Assembly (NCBI GenBank): GCA_051362555.1
Contig: CM120642.1
Location: 8,618,001-8,682,000, forward strand
Source: Lingula anatina
Lineage: Eukaryota > Animalia > Brachiopoda
DNA length: 64,000 nt
Reading direction: 5' to 3'
Part shown: one piece after another, positions 40,301 through 51,891 of the stretch
Position numbering within the stretch: the first letter of the stretch is position 1
Layout: each line of letters starts with the position of its first letter
Translations under genes and position numbers: made by a program
The notes under the pieces: generated by a model
What the model was told of the DNA's origin: nothing
Database searches by the model: none
What the model saw: only the letters and a program-made list of their open reading frames with translations

Positions 40301-43300
40301 GTGTTCTGGGACTACGCCAGCGCAGGGCCTTATATGAAGATAGACATGAACCCTGTCGTCTCAGAGTAAGTTTTTTTTGCATTTCAATAAAGAAATATAT
40401 CTACACATTTTTTTCATTTTCTGCATTACACTGCCTGTCAGTGAATGATTACTATGACCTTCACTATTTCTGATATGGTATTTTTCTCACATGGTTCCTT
40501 TCAGCTATGAATTAAGCATGATTATGATAGGCATATATGGTCTTGGCAGTCATCTTATGACATGCATACATTTTATGTCTAAAACTGGACTTTGTTATTG
40601 ATACAGACATTTTTGTCTTCTTTAAAATGATTAACATTCCACCATTGATACATACATTTTAATCTTAAGGAAATTAACATTTCATTTTAGTTAAAAAAGC
40701 TTTAAAATATAACATCAAATTAGGAATTGACAGAAATGATAATGTTACAGTTCTAGTCATAAATGCCATATTATTTACAGTGACTCCCAGGGTCTTGCAT
40801 ACAAGGATGCTGTGTTCATTTCCCCTCACAAGTTTGTTGGAGGAGTACAGACACCAGGTAATAAAGCACTTCATCCTCTTATCTCTCCCCCAACCCCCCC
40901 CCCCCCCCCCCTCCAAAAGGCACGTTTTGGTGAATTAACCATCATCTTGTCCTCTCTGATTACTAATAAAGCTAAAAAACAAGGTCTGATGAGAAAGTCA
41001 CGACTAAGGCTTCGTTCACATGCAATGTCTATTTTCTATTTTCTATTTTCTATTTTCGGTATGTCTTATGATCACGGTCTGTGCACTGAATATCCCGCGG
41101 CGTAATACTGGCAGCGCGAGCCAGTTACTATAAGTTACTATAAGTAACTGGCTCGCGCTGCCAGTAATTACGCGGCGGGATATTCAGTGCACAGACCGTG
41201 ATCATAAGACATACCGAAAATAGAAAATAGAAAATAGAAAATAGACATTGCATGTGAACGAAGCCTAAGTCTAACCTCAGACTGTTATGCAAAGAAAAAA
41301 CACTATAACATTTAAAGTTGAACTCAAACGATTTTTAAAACAAGTTGGTTCTGTGGATTAAATCTTTGCTCTTATAATTTTAGGTTTCTTGCCATGTACT
41401 TATTCTAATGACTAATAACACAGGTAACTTTATTATGTAAGTTCTTTTTGTATTTTATATTTGGAACCCTTTGTAAACTTGGACTGGACGGTATTTTTAT
41501 TTCCAGGTATATTGGTGGCAAAGAAGAAACTTTTCAAGAACCCAGTTCCCTCAGTTTGTGGTGGTGGATCTGTCTTCTTTGTGAGTGATAATAAGTTAAT
41601 AATTAGTAGATGGTAATTAGCTGATAATGATAATTAGACAATATGAAAAAGAAGATAAAAGTCTAGAGTGGATATTTAAAAATCCAAAAGCGAATTTTTT
41701 TTTTTTGGATACTTTAAAAAATCAGGAAGACTTTAATTTCAGAGTTAATATGTCTTCATAAGATGCCCTGTGAGCTTAATGTATTTTAAATAAGCTTAAA
41801 ACAGTCTTTGCACATTTGGCCAGTAAGGCCAAATATAATTTATTTTGAAGCAGCTTTGACTTGAAAATGAAGGAGTTAAATAATGAAAATATTTTTAATC
41901 TGTGTTTATCTGTGTATAAAATATATTTTGAAGAACTTCTGTTTATTCTTTTATCATCAGGTTCGGAGGGAAGCTCATAGATATCTGCAAGAGGCTGAGA
42001 TGCGGGAAGAGGGAGGAACGCCACCTATTGTTGAGTCAATCAGAGCTGGACTTGTATTTCAGCTGAAAGATGCCGTCACTTCTGAGGCCATCATGCAACG
42101 AGAACACCAGCTCTGCAGGTACTTAAAACTACTTCATATTTGATTATGTTCTAAATAAAAGATTCAAGATTATTATCTCTCCCAAGTAGGTTATGTTTTT
42201 GCCTTTGTTGGTTCTTTACTAAACAGCCTAATTTTAAAAGTTGTGGATGGATTTTTATAGTTTATTGGGGATAGTTCAGTAATGGTAATGGTAACTAACA
42301 AACAGTTGGACTTTGCTGATGATCCGTCAATCAATAGCATGATCATGAGAATTGACTTGCCTTGGCAAAGTGTGCACTCCCTGGTGGCTTTTATAGCTAT
42401 GTGATACTTGTTGATAAGACAAAAACTTAAATTTATTCAATGAGTCATGTATTATTACTCTCAAAAGGTATTTTCATATGTTATTAGAAGAATAACTAAT
42501 TTGTTTTTATTTATTCCAGGAGAGCATTTGAACATTGGAAAGACACCCCAAATTTGATCGTTTTAGGCAGTCATACTGCACCGCGTCTGCCCATCTTCTC
42601 TATTCTAATCAAGCACTCAGGAACAGGATTATTTCTACACCATAACTTTGTGTGTGCTGTGCTCAATGACGTGTTTGGTATCCAGGCTAGGGGAGGATGT
42701 GCCTGTGCCGGTCCTTATGCACAGGTAATGACGTTAAGGAAGAGAGGAAGGAGTGGATTCTGGTGCATGTGCGTGCATGCGTGTGTGTTCCAAGAAGGGA
42801 CTTATGTATAATGCATAGGTTAATATATGAATTTAAATAGATTGATTAAGTCAGTAAACTACATCTTATAAAATGTAAAGGTATTAAAATGTTCAACTTT
42901 ATGGTGTTACATATACACATTGTTTATTATATAATAATATTAAGATATTTTCATAATTACCTTATCAGGATCTGCTTGGAATTAGTGAAGAATTGGCCAC
43001 AAAAATTGAAGATATCCTAGTAGAGGATAGGTACATATCACTTTTGAAGGAAATGCAGACATGTAGTGTCAGTTTTTGGAACATAGCTTTGATGTACACA
43101 AAAAATAAAGAAAGAAAGAAAACCTGTTTAAACTGATGGCAAATTCTCTTTTTAGTCAAGCGAACAAAATTTTAACGAATGGCATATAATGATGTTGTAT
43201 GTTTTCTTTAACTTTGGTCAGTTTTCATTGGGATGTGGTGAGAAATTTGTATGATGTAATGAGTTTATGGCAGGCACATCACATTGTCTATTTAGGAGGT

Positions 43301-46300
43301 TAAGAAGATTTTCATGCATGGTAAAATATTTGCATTGATTAAATAAGACATTAAATTGGTATTTATCGTCTTTTGTATACTCTTTCAGGAGGCTGGACAG
43401 AGTCCATTTGAGACGATATCGGGAATATTCTGAGAGAGAAATTTTAAGGTTTGATGGTATTCTCTTAAAATATAGAACCTAATCTCAAGATACACAGAAT
43501 TCATCTGTTTTGCAAAAACTAACAGTATGGGATTCACTATCTGGTCTGAATGAATGGAAAGAAGGTCATATGAAGGCCCTCCATTTATGTTCTAGTACTT
43601 TGAAAATGTATACATTTTTGATATGTAAGCATTTTGAATAATTCCCATATATCTTTTAATATTTTGTTGTATTTGTTTTATGAATATGAAACGTTTTGGA
43701 TGCAAATTTATTATGATTTATTTTTATTATACATTTTTTCCAAATAATTTGCCTTTCAAACTGTTTCAGACCTGGGTTTTCTCGTATTAATCTACCCTAT
43801 TTCGTGAATGATGAGTGTGTGGAGTTTGTGCTCGATGCAGTGAAGATGGTAGCTGAACATGGCTGGAAACTTTTACCACAGGTATTATCTGATACTTCCT
43901 GTATGATTATCTTATTTTGAAACAGCGTAATGAGGTGAATTCAGTGGATTGAGAAGGTGAAGGTGGTTAGAACACACATTCTCTGCATTTTCTTAGTGTT
44001 GAAAATTTTTGTTTTCAGGCATTATTCTGTTGTTTTAACTGTTAGTACTTGAAATAAATACATCATTCTGTTCTTAAACATGTTATAAAAATATTAGAAT
44101 TTTTATATACTGTTCTGTTGGCAGTTTTGTAATATGTTAAAATATTTGGGAATGGTCACATTTAAGTTTTCTTTATTTTAGTCAATTGTGTCCAAGTTGA
44201 CATTCCTTATTTTAGTGACTATTAATTTCTACCACCAAAGGGACATAGGATAATATATCTCTTTATTTAAATTAGTACACATTCAACCCAGAAACTGGAG
44301 AGTGGAGGCACAAACAACATCAGGTATATATCATTTTGTTTTTGTTTTGGTAAGAAGTCCATATTACGCACACTTTATAATCATTAATATAAATTTTATA
44401 GATCAACATTAAATGGCTTTAAAGGCAATTTAAGGATAAGGGTAACCAAATTATCTTACAGGTTTTCAAAGACAGAAAATGGCTTGGTTACATCATTTAT
44501 GAAACTGGCAAAATGACGTACAGAGAACCTCAGTTTCAGAGCAAAGGTCCATTGCCATCAGATTTACAGGTAAGCGTTGTGTGGGTGTTAAAATTTTTGG
44601 TTAACCTTAGAGAAGGGAGCTGGGGGAAGTTGAACTGTATTAGAATAAAAATGTTCTTCAGTCATTTAAGAGGGGCCTTTGTTTCAGAAATGATTTAAGA
44701 GTGAAGTTGGTCTAAACTTATATTTAGTCTACCTCATTTCACGATAGGTCTTAATTAATATGCAGCTATTTATTAACTTTGGTTGAAAATGGCATGAGAT
44801 TTTTAATTTATAAAACGGGCACAATATTTCATTAAGGTGATCTACTACTATTTTATATTGGGTCAAACACAACAAAACCTTTTAGTTTAAGTGTTCAGAC
44901 CAGTTTTACTCTTAGACTATAATTCTTTTGAGATGGGAAAAGAATCAGTTTTGGGTAGTTAAAAAGACACCTAAATCCATGCAACCATCCAGCCACTGCA
45001 GAATACAACATTTTATTACTAAACATTAAAAATAATAACTTTTTTCTAAAAGGAAGGTTTATATGATACATGCATTCTGTTTTAATTTTTATTTTGCAGG
45101 AATGCCTCATGCAAGCAGAAAATATATTCGATAATGCTGGCAAGGTTAGAATAAATCTTGCAGACCAGACATTGATGTTTGATGAGCAGACATCATCCAT
45201 AAGATGGTTTGTACTACCCAGTGAGATTCTTAATAAAAATGATACACCTATATCTCCTCCATTTGTGCCAAAGAATTACTCTGAATATGTAGGGAATTTG
45301 ATTAACAAGCAAGGTTTTGACTCTTTGTCAAAGATATCAGAAGATGGAAGTGAAGTTGCTGTTGATGGGAAATTGAAAAAGACTGAGAATGGTTTCATTG
45401 CAGCAGATGTTGTAGAACGTAAGAACTTCCCTGTTGGTGCTTGCTGTGAATATGAAAATAAATGGAAGTCAAGCATGGAAAATGGCAGCAATTTTTCTGA
45501 GGGAATGGCCGTTTTTCTAAACACTGGATTTGTTGAAAGTTGCCCATCAGGTGCAACAGCTGAATCAGATATGGATCAGAAAAACAGTCATAAAACTTCT
45601 AAGCAGACAACATTAAATTTTGAAGTTTGTGCCAATGACTCATCCTCTTTCAATAAGCTATCAAAAAATAGGACATCAAGTTGCCTCCATGAATCTGAAG
45701 AGGCTAATAAGGAAGTGACTGGTGTCATGAAAAGCGGTACTCTTCATTTTTCTCATGCTGAACCAAGTGTAGGTGGAGCCAGTGTGGGTGGTAATGACAC
45801 ATCATCTTGGTCAACTGCTCAGAAATCTCCACCAGAGGGTGACAGTGTTACTGAGAGTTCCAAAAAGAGCCAGTCAAACGAGGACAGAAATATAGACAAA
45901 GCAGACAACACTTTGCTTCAGTTGAAAGAATTAAATGGGGATGGTGCAATTGTTGCTAAAGACACATTTGTGGTGTCAAAAGAAATCCAGAGCACTAGTG
46001 TCAAAAGTTCTGGACAAGACAAGAACGATGACAAGTCGGTGAATACTGGCACACAGCAGAGAGCAGCTAAATCTAAGGGGCCATGCTGGCATGCACCACC
46101 CAAGAATATCTTCAAACCAACAGTTGAGGTATGTATGATGAGGTTAGGAAAATAATGTGTCAGCATTAGGCCATGAATACCTGTTTGAGTTTTCAGGTAA
46201 TTCTATGGAGATTCTCTTTGGCATGGAGAATGACCTTATTAATGATTTTCATTAGAGGCTCTTCTTAACAAATTTAAAAATCGATTAGGAAAACAAAATG

Positions 46301-49162
46301 TAGACTTTCCTGCTTTCTTACTTTCATACTTGTCTGTAGGGAAGAGAATATTAAGATTTTTAATGACCTGTTTTCTAACTCTTTCAGAGCAGTATGTCTA
46401 GGAGTCAAAAAGAATTGTGATAATATTTTCATTACTGAATTATTTGAATTTTTTAAAATAATTATGTGATAGATTTTTATGTACAGACACAGATGTGTCT
46501 GTACATATTGCCATCACCTGCGTCTGTCGTCGCCGTCGCCGTCGCCGATCATGTCGCCGTCGCTGTCGCCGTCGCCGTGCACTTTCAGCGTTAACACCAT
46601 AAGTGGAAGACAGTTTTACTTTTTGGCTTTATATTTACAGAGCTGACTAATATTCATAAAACGCAGGTCAAGTTCGAAAATCAGCATGATCGGGCCATTA
46701 TTGTAGAATTTATGCTGTTTTTTCACTTTTTAGCATATATGCAACACTGTTAACACATTTCAAGGAAAACCGATAGGCCTGTTGTCATGAAACTCACAGG
46801 AGTAATCAGTCTTACTAAAACGCAGATCAAGTTCGAAAATCGGCATGATCGGGCCACTATTTTAGTAGTTATGCTGTTTTTTCACTTTTCAGCATATATG
46901 CAACACTGTTAACACATTTCAAGGAAAACCGATAGACCTGTTGTCATGAAACTCACAGGAGTAATCAATCTTACTAAAACGCAGGTCAAGTTTGAAAATC
47001 GGCATGATCGGGCCACCATTTTACTAGTTATGCTGTTTTTTTACACTTTTCAGCATATATGCAACACTGTAAACACAATATAAGAAAAACAGATGGGCCA
47101 ATTGTCATGAAAGTCACAGGAGTGGTCAATTTTACTAAAATGCAGGTTGAGTTCATAAATCAGCATAATCGTGCCATTATTTTAGAAGGTATGCTGTTTT
47201 TTCACATTTCCTCAGGTTCAATTTTTAGGCATGTTAACAGTCTCATTATTAAACTAATAAGATACGTGAAAGTGTTTGTTTGACATTTCCTGCATCTTTA
47301 CAACATTGTTAGTTGATTTTGTAAAAATGATGGTAAACATGTTATCGTGTATTGTGTAATAAAGTTTCAAAAATGGAAATAAACTCATATCATTGCAATT
47401 TGTCAGATTCAATTATTCACTATGTTCAGAATCTCAGAATGGAAGAAATTGGACATTTAACACTGCTCTGTTGATACTTTTCTCATCTCATCAATTTTCT
47501 TAGTTGATCATGTAAAAATGGCAGTAAACTGTTAATTTTGTTTTATGTTAAAAATTGTTAAAAATGGGGAAAAAAACATTTCAGAACAGTGCTGTCTTGT
47601 ATACATTTTGGCATTTTCAAGTTGTGACATTGAAGTTCCATGGGCCTGAAGACCTTTGCTAGTCACATTTTCTGAATATCCATGATACTAATATTTTATT
47701 ATTAAAAATTGATGGTCATTATGCTGTTAAACATTATGTAACATTGCATCAAAATTTGAAAAAAAACTATTTTGGGCACTGCTCCCATGATTACCTTTTA
47801 AGAAAAACCATGTCACTTACTGTTCTCAAACTTACAGGAAAGAAACATGGGACTAAAATACAGCTTCAGTAGGCAATGCAATCTGCCAGATAAACAGTTT
47901 TTTTTGTGAAAATTTAATTTTTCACATATTGGCATTTTCAAGGTGTGACTTTGAAGTTCCACAGGCTTGAAGACCCAGGCTAGTCACATTTTCTGAAAAT
48001 CCATGATACATATATTTTGTTATTAAAAATTGATTGTCATTATGCTGTTAACCATTATGTAATATTGCATCAGAATAGAAGAAAACACAATTTTGGGTGC
48101 TGCTGCCATGATGACCATTATGGGAAAACCATGTTACTTATGATTGCCAAACTTTCAAAAAAGAAATACAGGACTGAAATGCAGCCTGAGTTGGAAAAGC
48201 AGTCTAATTGACTTCTTTTTCTGGAAGTTTTACATTTTCAAAGTGTGAACTTGAACTCCCATGGGCCTGAAGCTTTATGCTTGTTTCACATTTTACTTAC
48301 ATTGGTATTACCTGTTGAGCATAATTAAAATTTGATGTTGAATTTGCAGTTTAACATAATGTACTTTTGCATCAGAATTGACAGTAGCCTATTTTGTTAT
48401 TTCCTGCTTTTTGTCTGTACATTTGACAGCTTTGCTGCCTTGTTTTGGATCATGATAATTTTAGGCACTGGAGGAGCACAGTATGATCCAGGACGGGGAC
48501 AGGGTGTTAGTGTGTATATCAGGTGGGAAGGACTCCCTGTCACTGCTACACACTATTAGGCAGTATCAGTTCTATGCTAGGAAAAAGGTGAAAACTGCTT
48601 TTCATGATTTTGTACTGGAACTTTCATAGGACTGTATGCATTGTGTTAGGCTTTATGTCTTGCAAAAAGAAGAATGTATATTGTTCTGTTTACTGTATTG
48701 GTATTAAGGAAAGTTAAGTTCGGTTCAAGGTTCTTTGTCAATGGGATTTCACTGGGAATGGAATAAACAAAATATAAAGGTTATCCTATAATTATGTTAA
48801 ACCATTGACTAAATTCTTACAGGATAGATAATAACAAGAAAAATGCACAACATTTGCTTCTTTGAAGAAGCGATTAATTGTTTTATTAATGAAATTAGTT
48901 AAATCCAGTTATTACTTTTACACCTTTTCTAATTTCCGTGTTCCAGGGCATATCCTTTGAGTTTGGTGCCATGACAGTGGATCCACAGACCCCCTCCTAT
49001 GACCCAAGTCCACTGAAAGGCTATCTGGCCAGTCTAGGGGTGCCCTATTTCTATGAGGAACAATGTAATTATAGAAGGCTTTTATAATATTTTTTCATTT
49101 TTTCATTTTGTGACAGAGATATATGTAAGCTGATGTGACTAAATTATATTTGTCCTCGTAAC

Positions 49163-49212
<50 letters not shown>

Positions 49213-50744
49213 AGATAACCATACATCTTTATGAGGTCTTGGACATGTTGATTTCAGGATGTCTGTAATCTAAAAAAACTAGCTTTTTATGGTAATGGTT
49301 AAAATTTAAGGTATAGTTACAGCTTTATGACTTTAGAAAGTTAAAAATTTTATAATTTTTCTGTGAATGTAAAAATAATATCTTCTACATTCCTCATGTT
49401 TCAAGGTATACTGGACACGGCCATGAACCTCCCATATGAGTGTGCATCAATCTGTAGTTTTTGCAGTCGCATGAAGCGCGGACGCATTTATCACTGTGCG
49501 AGGCGGGAGGGGTACAATGTACTTGCTCTGGGTCAGCATTTGGATGATCTGGCAGAAAGGTAATATGGAACTAGTGTTTGCACCTGTTTTTTATGTGTGC
49601 TTGTGTGAACTTCATATGACATCTGAAAGACCAAGTTGTACTTAGCATGATGGTAACATAATTTAGAGTTTTAACTTAGACATGAAAATTGTTTTGGCGT
49701 TACTGTAATAGATAACACGACCACAATGTTTAAGAACAAAAACTGGATATCTGGATTTGTGATTTTTGATATACTTTTCAGTGTTTATCCACTTTTTATA
49801 CCTTATCAGTTTTGTAATGATTTTCCTTTAAAACTTTCAGTTTTCTGATGTCCATTTTCCACAATGGTGTACTGAGGACCATGAAAGCTAACTACACTGT
49901 ACAGTAAGCCGAATGATGATCAATAATTGAAGGAAAATGTAAAATAAAACTGTAGATGGCACAGCAGTCTCTGAAGGACACCGTAGCAACAAATAATGCA
50001 ATAATAATAAATACAAGCAAAATCATATCACTGGAGATACTAAATTATGAACATGCATTAATACAGTGCAAATGCATGCACACATGCAAGAACACTCGGA
50101 CTTAGATGTGGAAAATATAAATCAATCTATGTGATTTTTCACATAATTGACATACTTTGGTATAACTAAATATCTGCTATAATTTTTTAATAAATCACTT
50201 TCTAGAAATCATTTATTTACAGAGAAAAGGACCTCAGGGTTATCAGACCATTTGTGTATGTCCGTGAAAAAGATCTCAGAGATTTTGCTGAACGCCAAAA
50301 GTTACCTGTGATTCCAGAAAATTGCCCAGCATGCTTTGAGGCACCCAAGGTATAATCTCGTAAAGTGCTGCTTAAGAGGCTATTTTATATATTTCATGAA
50401 ACAACTTCTACTGGTTTTAAGAAAAACATGTTTTTATCTTTGTATTAGGTTACCATCAAGTCATGCAAATTTCCATTTATAATCAGAATTTTTAAAAAGC
50501 TGTAGGCCCATCAAGACTATATGAAATAAGCATCTGAAAAAAATGTCTTCAATTTTAGGAACGCCATAGGACAAAACAACTTCTGGCTGCTCAAGAAATC
50601 TTATTTCCACACCTGTACAACAGTATTATGTCAGCCATTAAACCCCTTATGGCTATAGGAAGGACTGGAGTGAACATGAAGAAAATATTGACACAGTTTA
50701 GTGAGATGGATACTGGGGATGGGGAGGATGAAGTTGAAATCTGA
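37343..50744 (+). CDS. Fusion protein: SufS-like PLP cysteine desulfurase (aminotransferase class V) + linker + TtcA-type tRNA 2-thiocytidine synthase (PP-loop), about 1171 aa
   Basis: 23 GT-AG exons, 3516 nt in frame: 37343-37574, 37779-37809, 38171-38287, 38520-38637, 39436-39501, 39946-40011, 40184-40365, 40781-40857, 41507-41580, 41961-42118, 42520-42724, 42969-43030, 43389-43448, 43770-43881, 44276-44323, 44462-44569, 45100-46128, 48465-48587, 48947-49064, 49406-49559, 49841-49903, 50223-50349, 50559-50744. Desulfurase motifs: DYTASGR, EHHSN, SNVTG, WDYA, SPHKF, RGGCACAGPY. TtcA motifs: SGGKDS, CSFCSRMKRG, GQHLDD, IRP, CPAC. The start could alternatively be 37325 or 37355. Confidence 0.9.
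41008..41265. mobile_element. Palindromic MITE (PIF/Harbinger Tourist-like) in intron 8 of the fusion gene
   Basis: Arms 41008-41129 and 41143-41265 are reverse complements with one substitution and one indel. Ends are GGCTTCGTTCAC...GTGAACGAAGCC, with a TAA duplication on both sides (41005-41007, 41266-41268). Confidence 0.88.
42173..42398 (+). mobile_element. Short degenerate Helentron/DINE-like non-autonomous element
   Basis: 5' ttatctctcccaagtaggttatgttttt and 3' ccttggcaaagtgtgcactccctggtggcttttatag resemble the sub-terminal-repeat plus terminal stem-loop layout (ccgccaagg ... ccttggcgg + hairpin) of this class. The copy is degenerate. Confidence 0.45.
46640..47210. repeat. Tandem array of about 160-bp units (about 3.5 copies)
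   Basis: catatatgcaacactg recurs at 46734, 46893 and 47054; cgcaggtcaagttcgaaaatc.gcatgatcgggcca-like blocks recur at the same period. Confidence 0.9.
47610..48290. repeat. Diverged tandem repeat of about 300-320-bp units (2 copies plus a partial)
   Basis: cattttcaa..tgtga..ttgaa.t.cca..ggc.tgaag recurs at 47612, 47933 and 48233. Confidence 0.8.
49165..49210. repeat. (GT)n microsatellite
   Basis: Perfect GT run in intron 19. Confidence 0.95.
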
Positions 50745-51891
50745 AGTTTTATTTACTAAAATATCCAGTGCTACAGAGCCTGTTCAGCCCAGCTTCTTTG
50801 TTTTCAAATTTCTATATGTGTGCCAACTTGGCTTGTTTGAATGTCTTCAGTGTTTCATTCAAGTTTATAGCACCATTCAGACATGTCACCCCATATATAA
50901 CCACAAAATCTGCTTAAAAGGATGTTAGTTTGTGATTGGTTAATGTCTTTCTAACTTGCTGCTGAATTTCATGGTCCCGTGAGTCTGCGCACGGAGGCTT
51001 TAGAATTGAAGAAGCTCAAACACATGGGAATGATTTTATTTTTATGGCCAATTTTTTCAAATATTAATGAAACCTGATAAATCACCAGGAAACAGAATTT
51101 TTTAATAGCATCATTTCAATGCAGCATTGGATGTTTTAGACAAATAGGACTGATTGAGGTGTATTTTGTGAGATAATATAGAAATCAAAGATTATAGTGA
51201 ATATTTATTAATAATATTAAAAGTATTAAAATGATACTGTTTGCCTTTTGTTTCCTTAATTTTGGAAGAGGATGGTGAAAGTTGAATTGGCCAGGAAGAA
51301 GATGAGAAAAAATTAAAACATTAAATGTAAATGATTCTAATAAAATGTGTTTATTTGAATGGAAAATAGAAACAACTGAAGAAATAACAATGTTGTTCAA
51401 TGCACTTATCAATTTTTTACAAAACCTTGATCTATTAATGTTCAACAAGAGACAATACATATCTGATTGCCTTAAACATAAAAAATCGAGTTCCATTCTA
51501 GATAGTAATACCACGTCACTGGTAATTAATCTTAGTGAAACTTTGTGATAAGGTCAATAACATGAAAATGAAAAATGACAATCTTACAGTGCAACTATTA
51601 AGTGGGAATCCACGTAACATGAGGAATTTAAAATTCTATGTGCAAATAAAAACAATCCATGAAGTAATGAAGTGAACAAGGAATGCAAGAATCCTCCCTG
51701 GCCCCCCCAAAAAAGTCCTGATTATAAGAACATGATAAATCTCTAATCTCATTTATGTCACAAACATGCTGTGTAAATAGGACTTCATCCTGTATAGAAA
51801 AGAGCACATATATCTTTGGAGGCTATAATCACCACTGATGATAAATGCAACAATATCAATACACAGTGGACAAAAAGTTACAGAATCAACG

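Larger units (their letters stand above)
46476..48443 (+). mobile_element. Helentron-associated interspersed element (HINE/DINE-like) with internal tandem repeats, in intron 17
   Basis: 5' T-run then a perfect hairpin ATGTACAGACACA-ga-TGTGTCTGTACAT (46479-46506), a (GTCGCC)n microsatellite (about 46526-46578), internal tandem arrays, a 3' sub-terminal repeat TGTCTGTACAT (48412-48422), a short stem-loop gacagc-ttt-gctgcc, and a T-run. Confidence 0.75.

Noticed and set aside
46640-47210. Regularly spaced repeats considered as a CRISPR array
   Set aside because: Whole units of about 160 bp repeat with no unique spacers, in a eukaryotic intron with no cas genes.
8533-50744. Bacterial contamination as the source of the bacterial-like enzymes
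   Set aside because: Both genes have many canonical spliceosomal introns and lie among animal genes (CNGA, DELE1, Fat).
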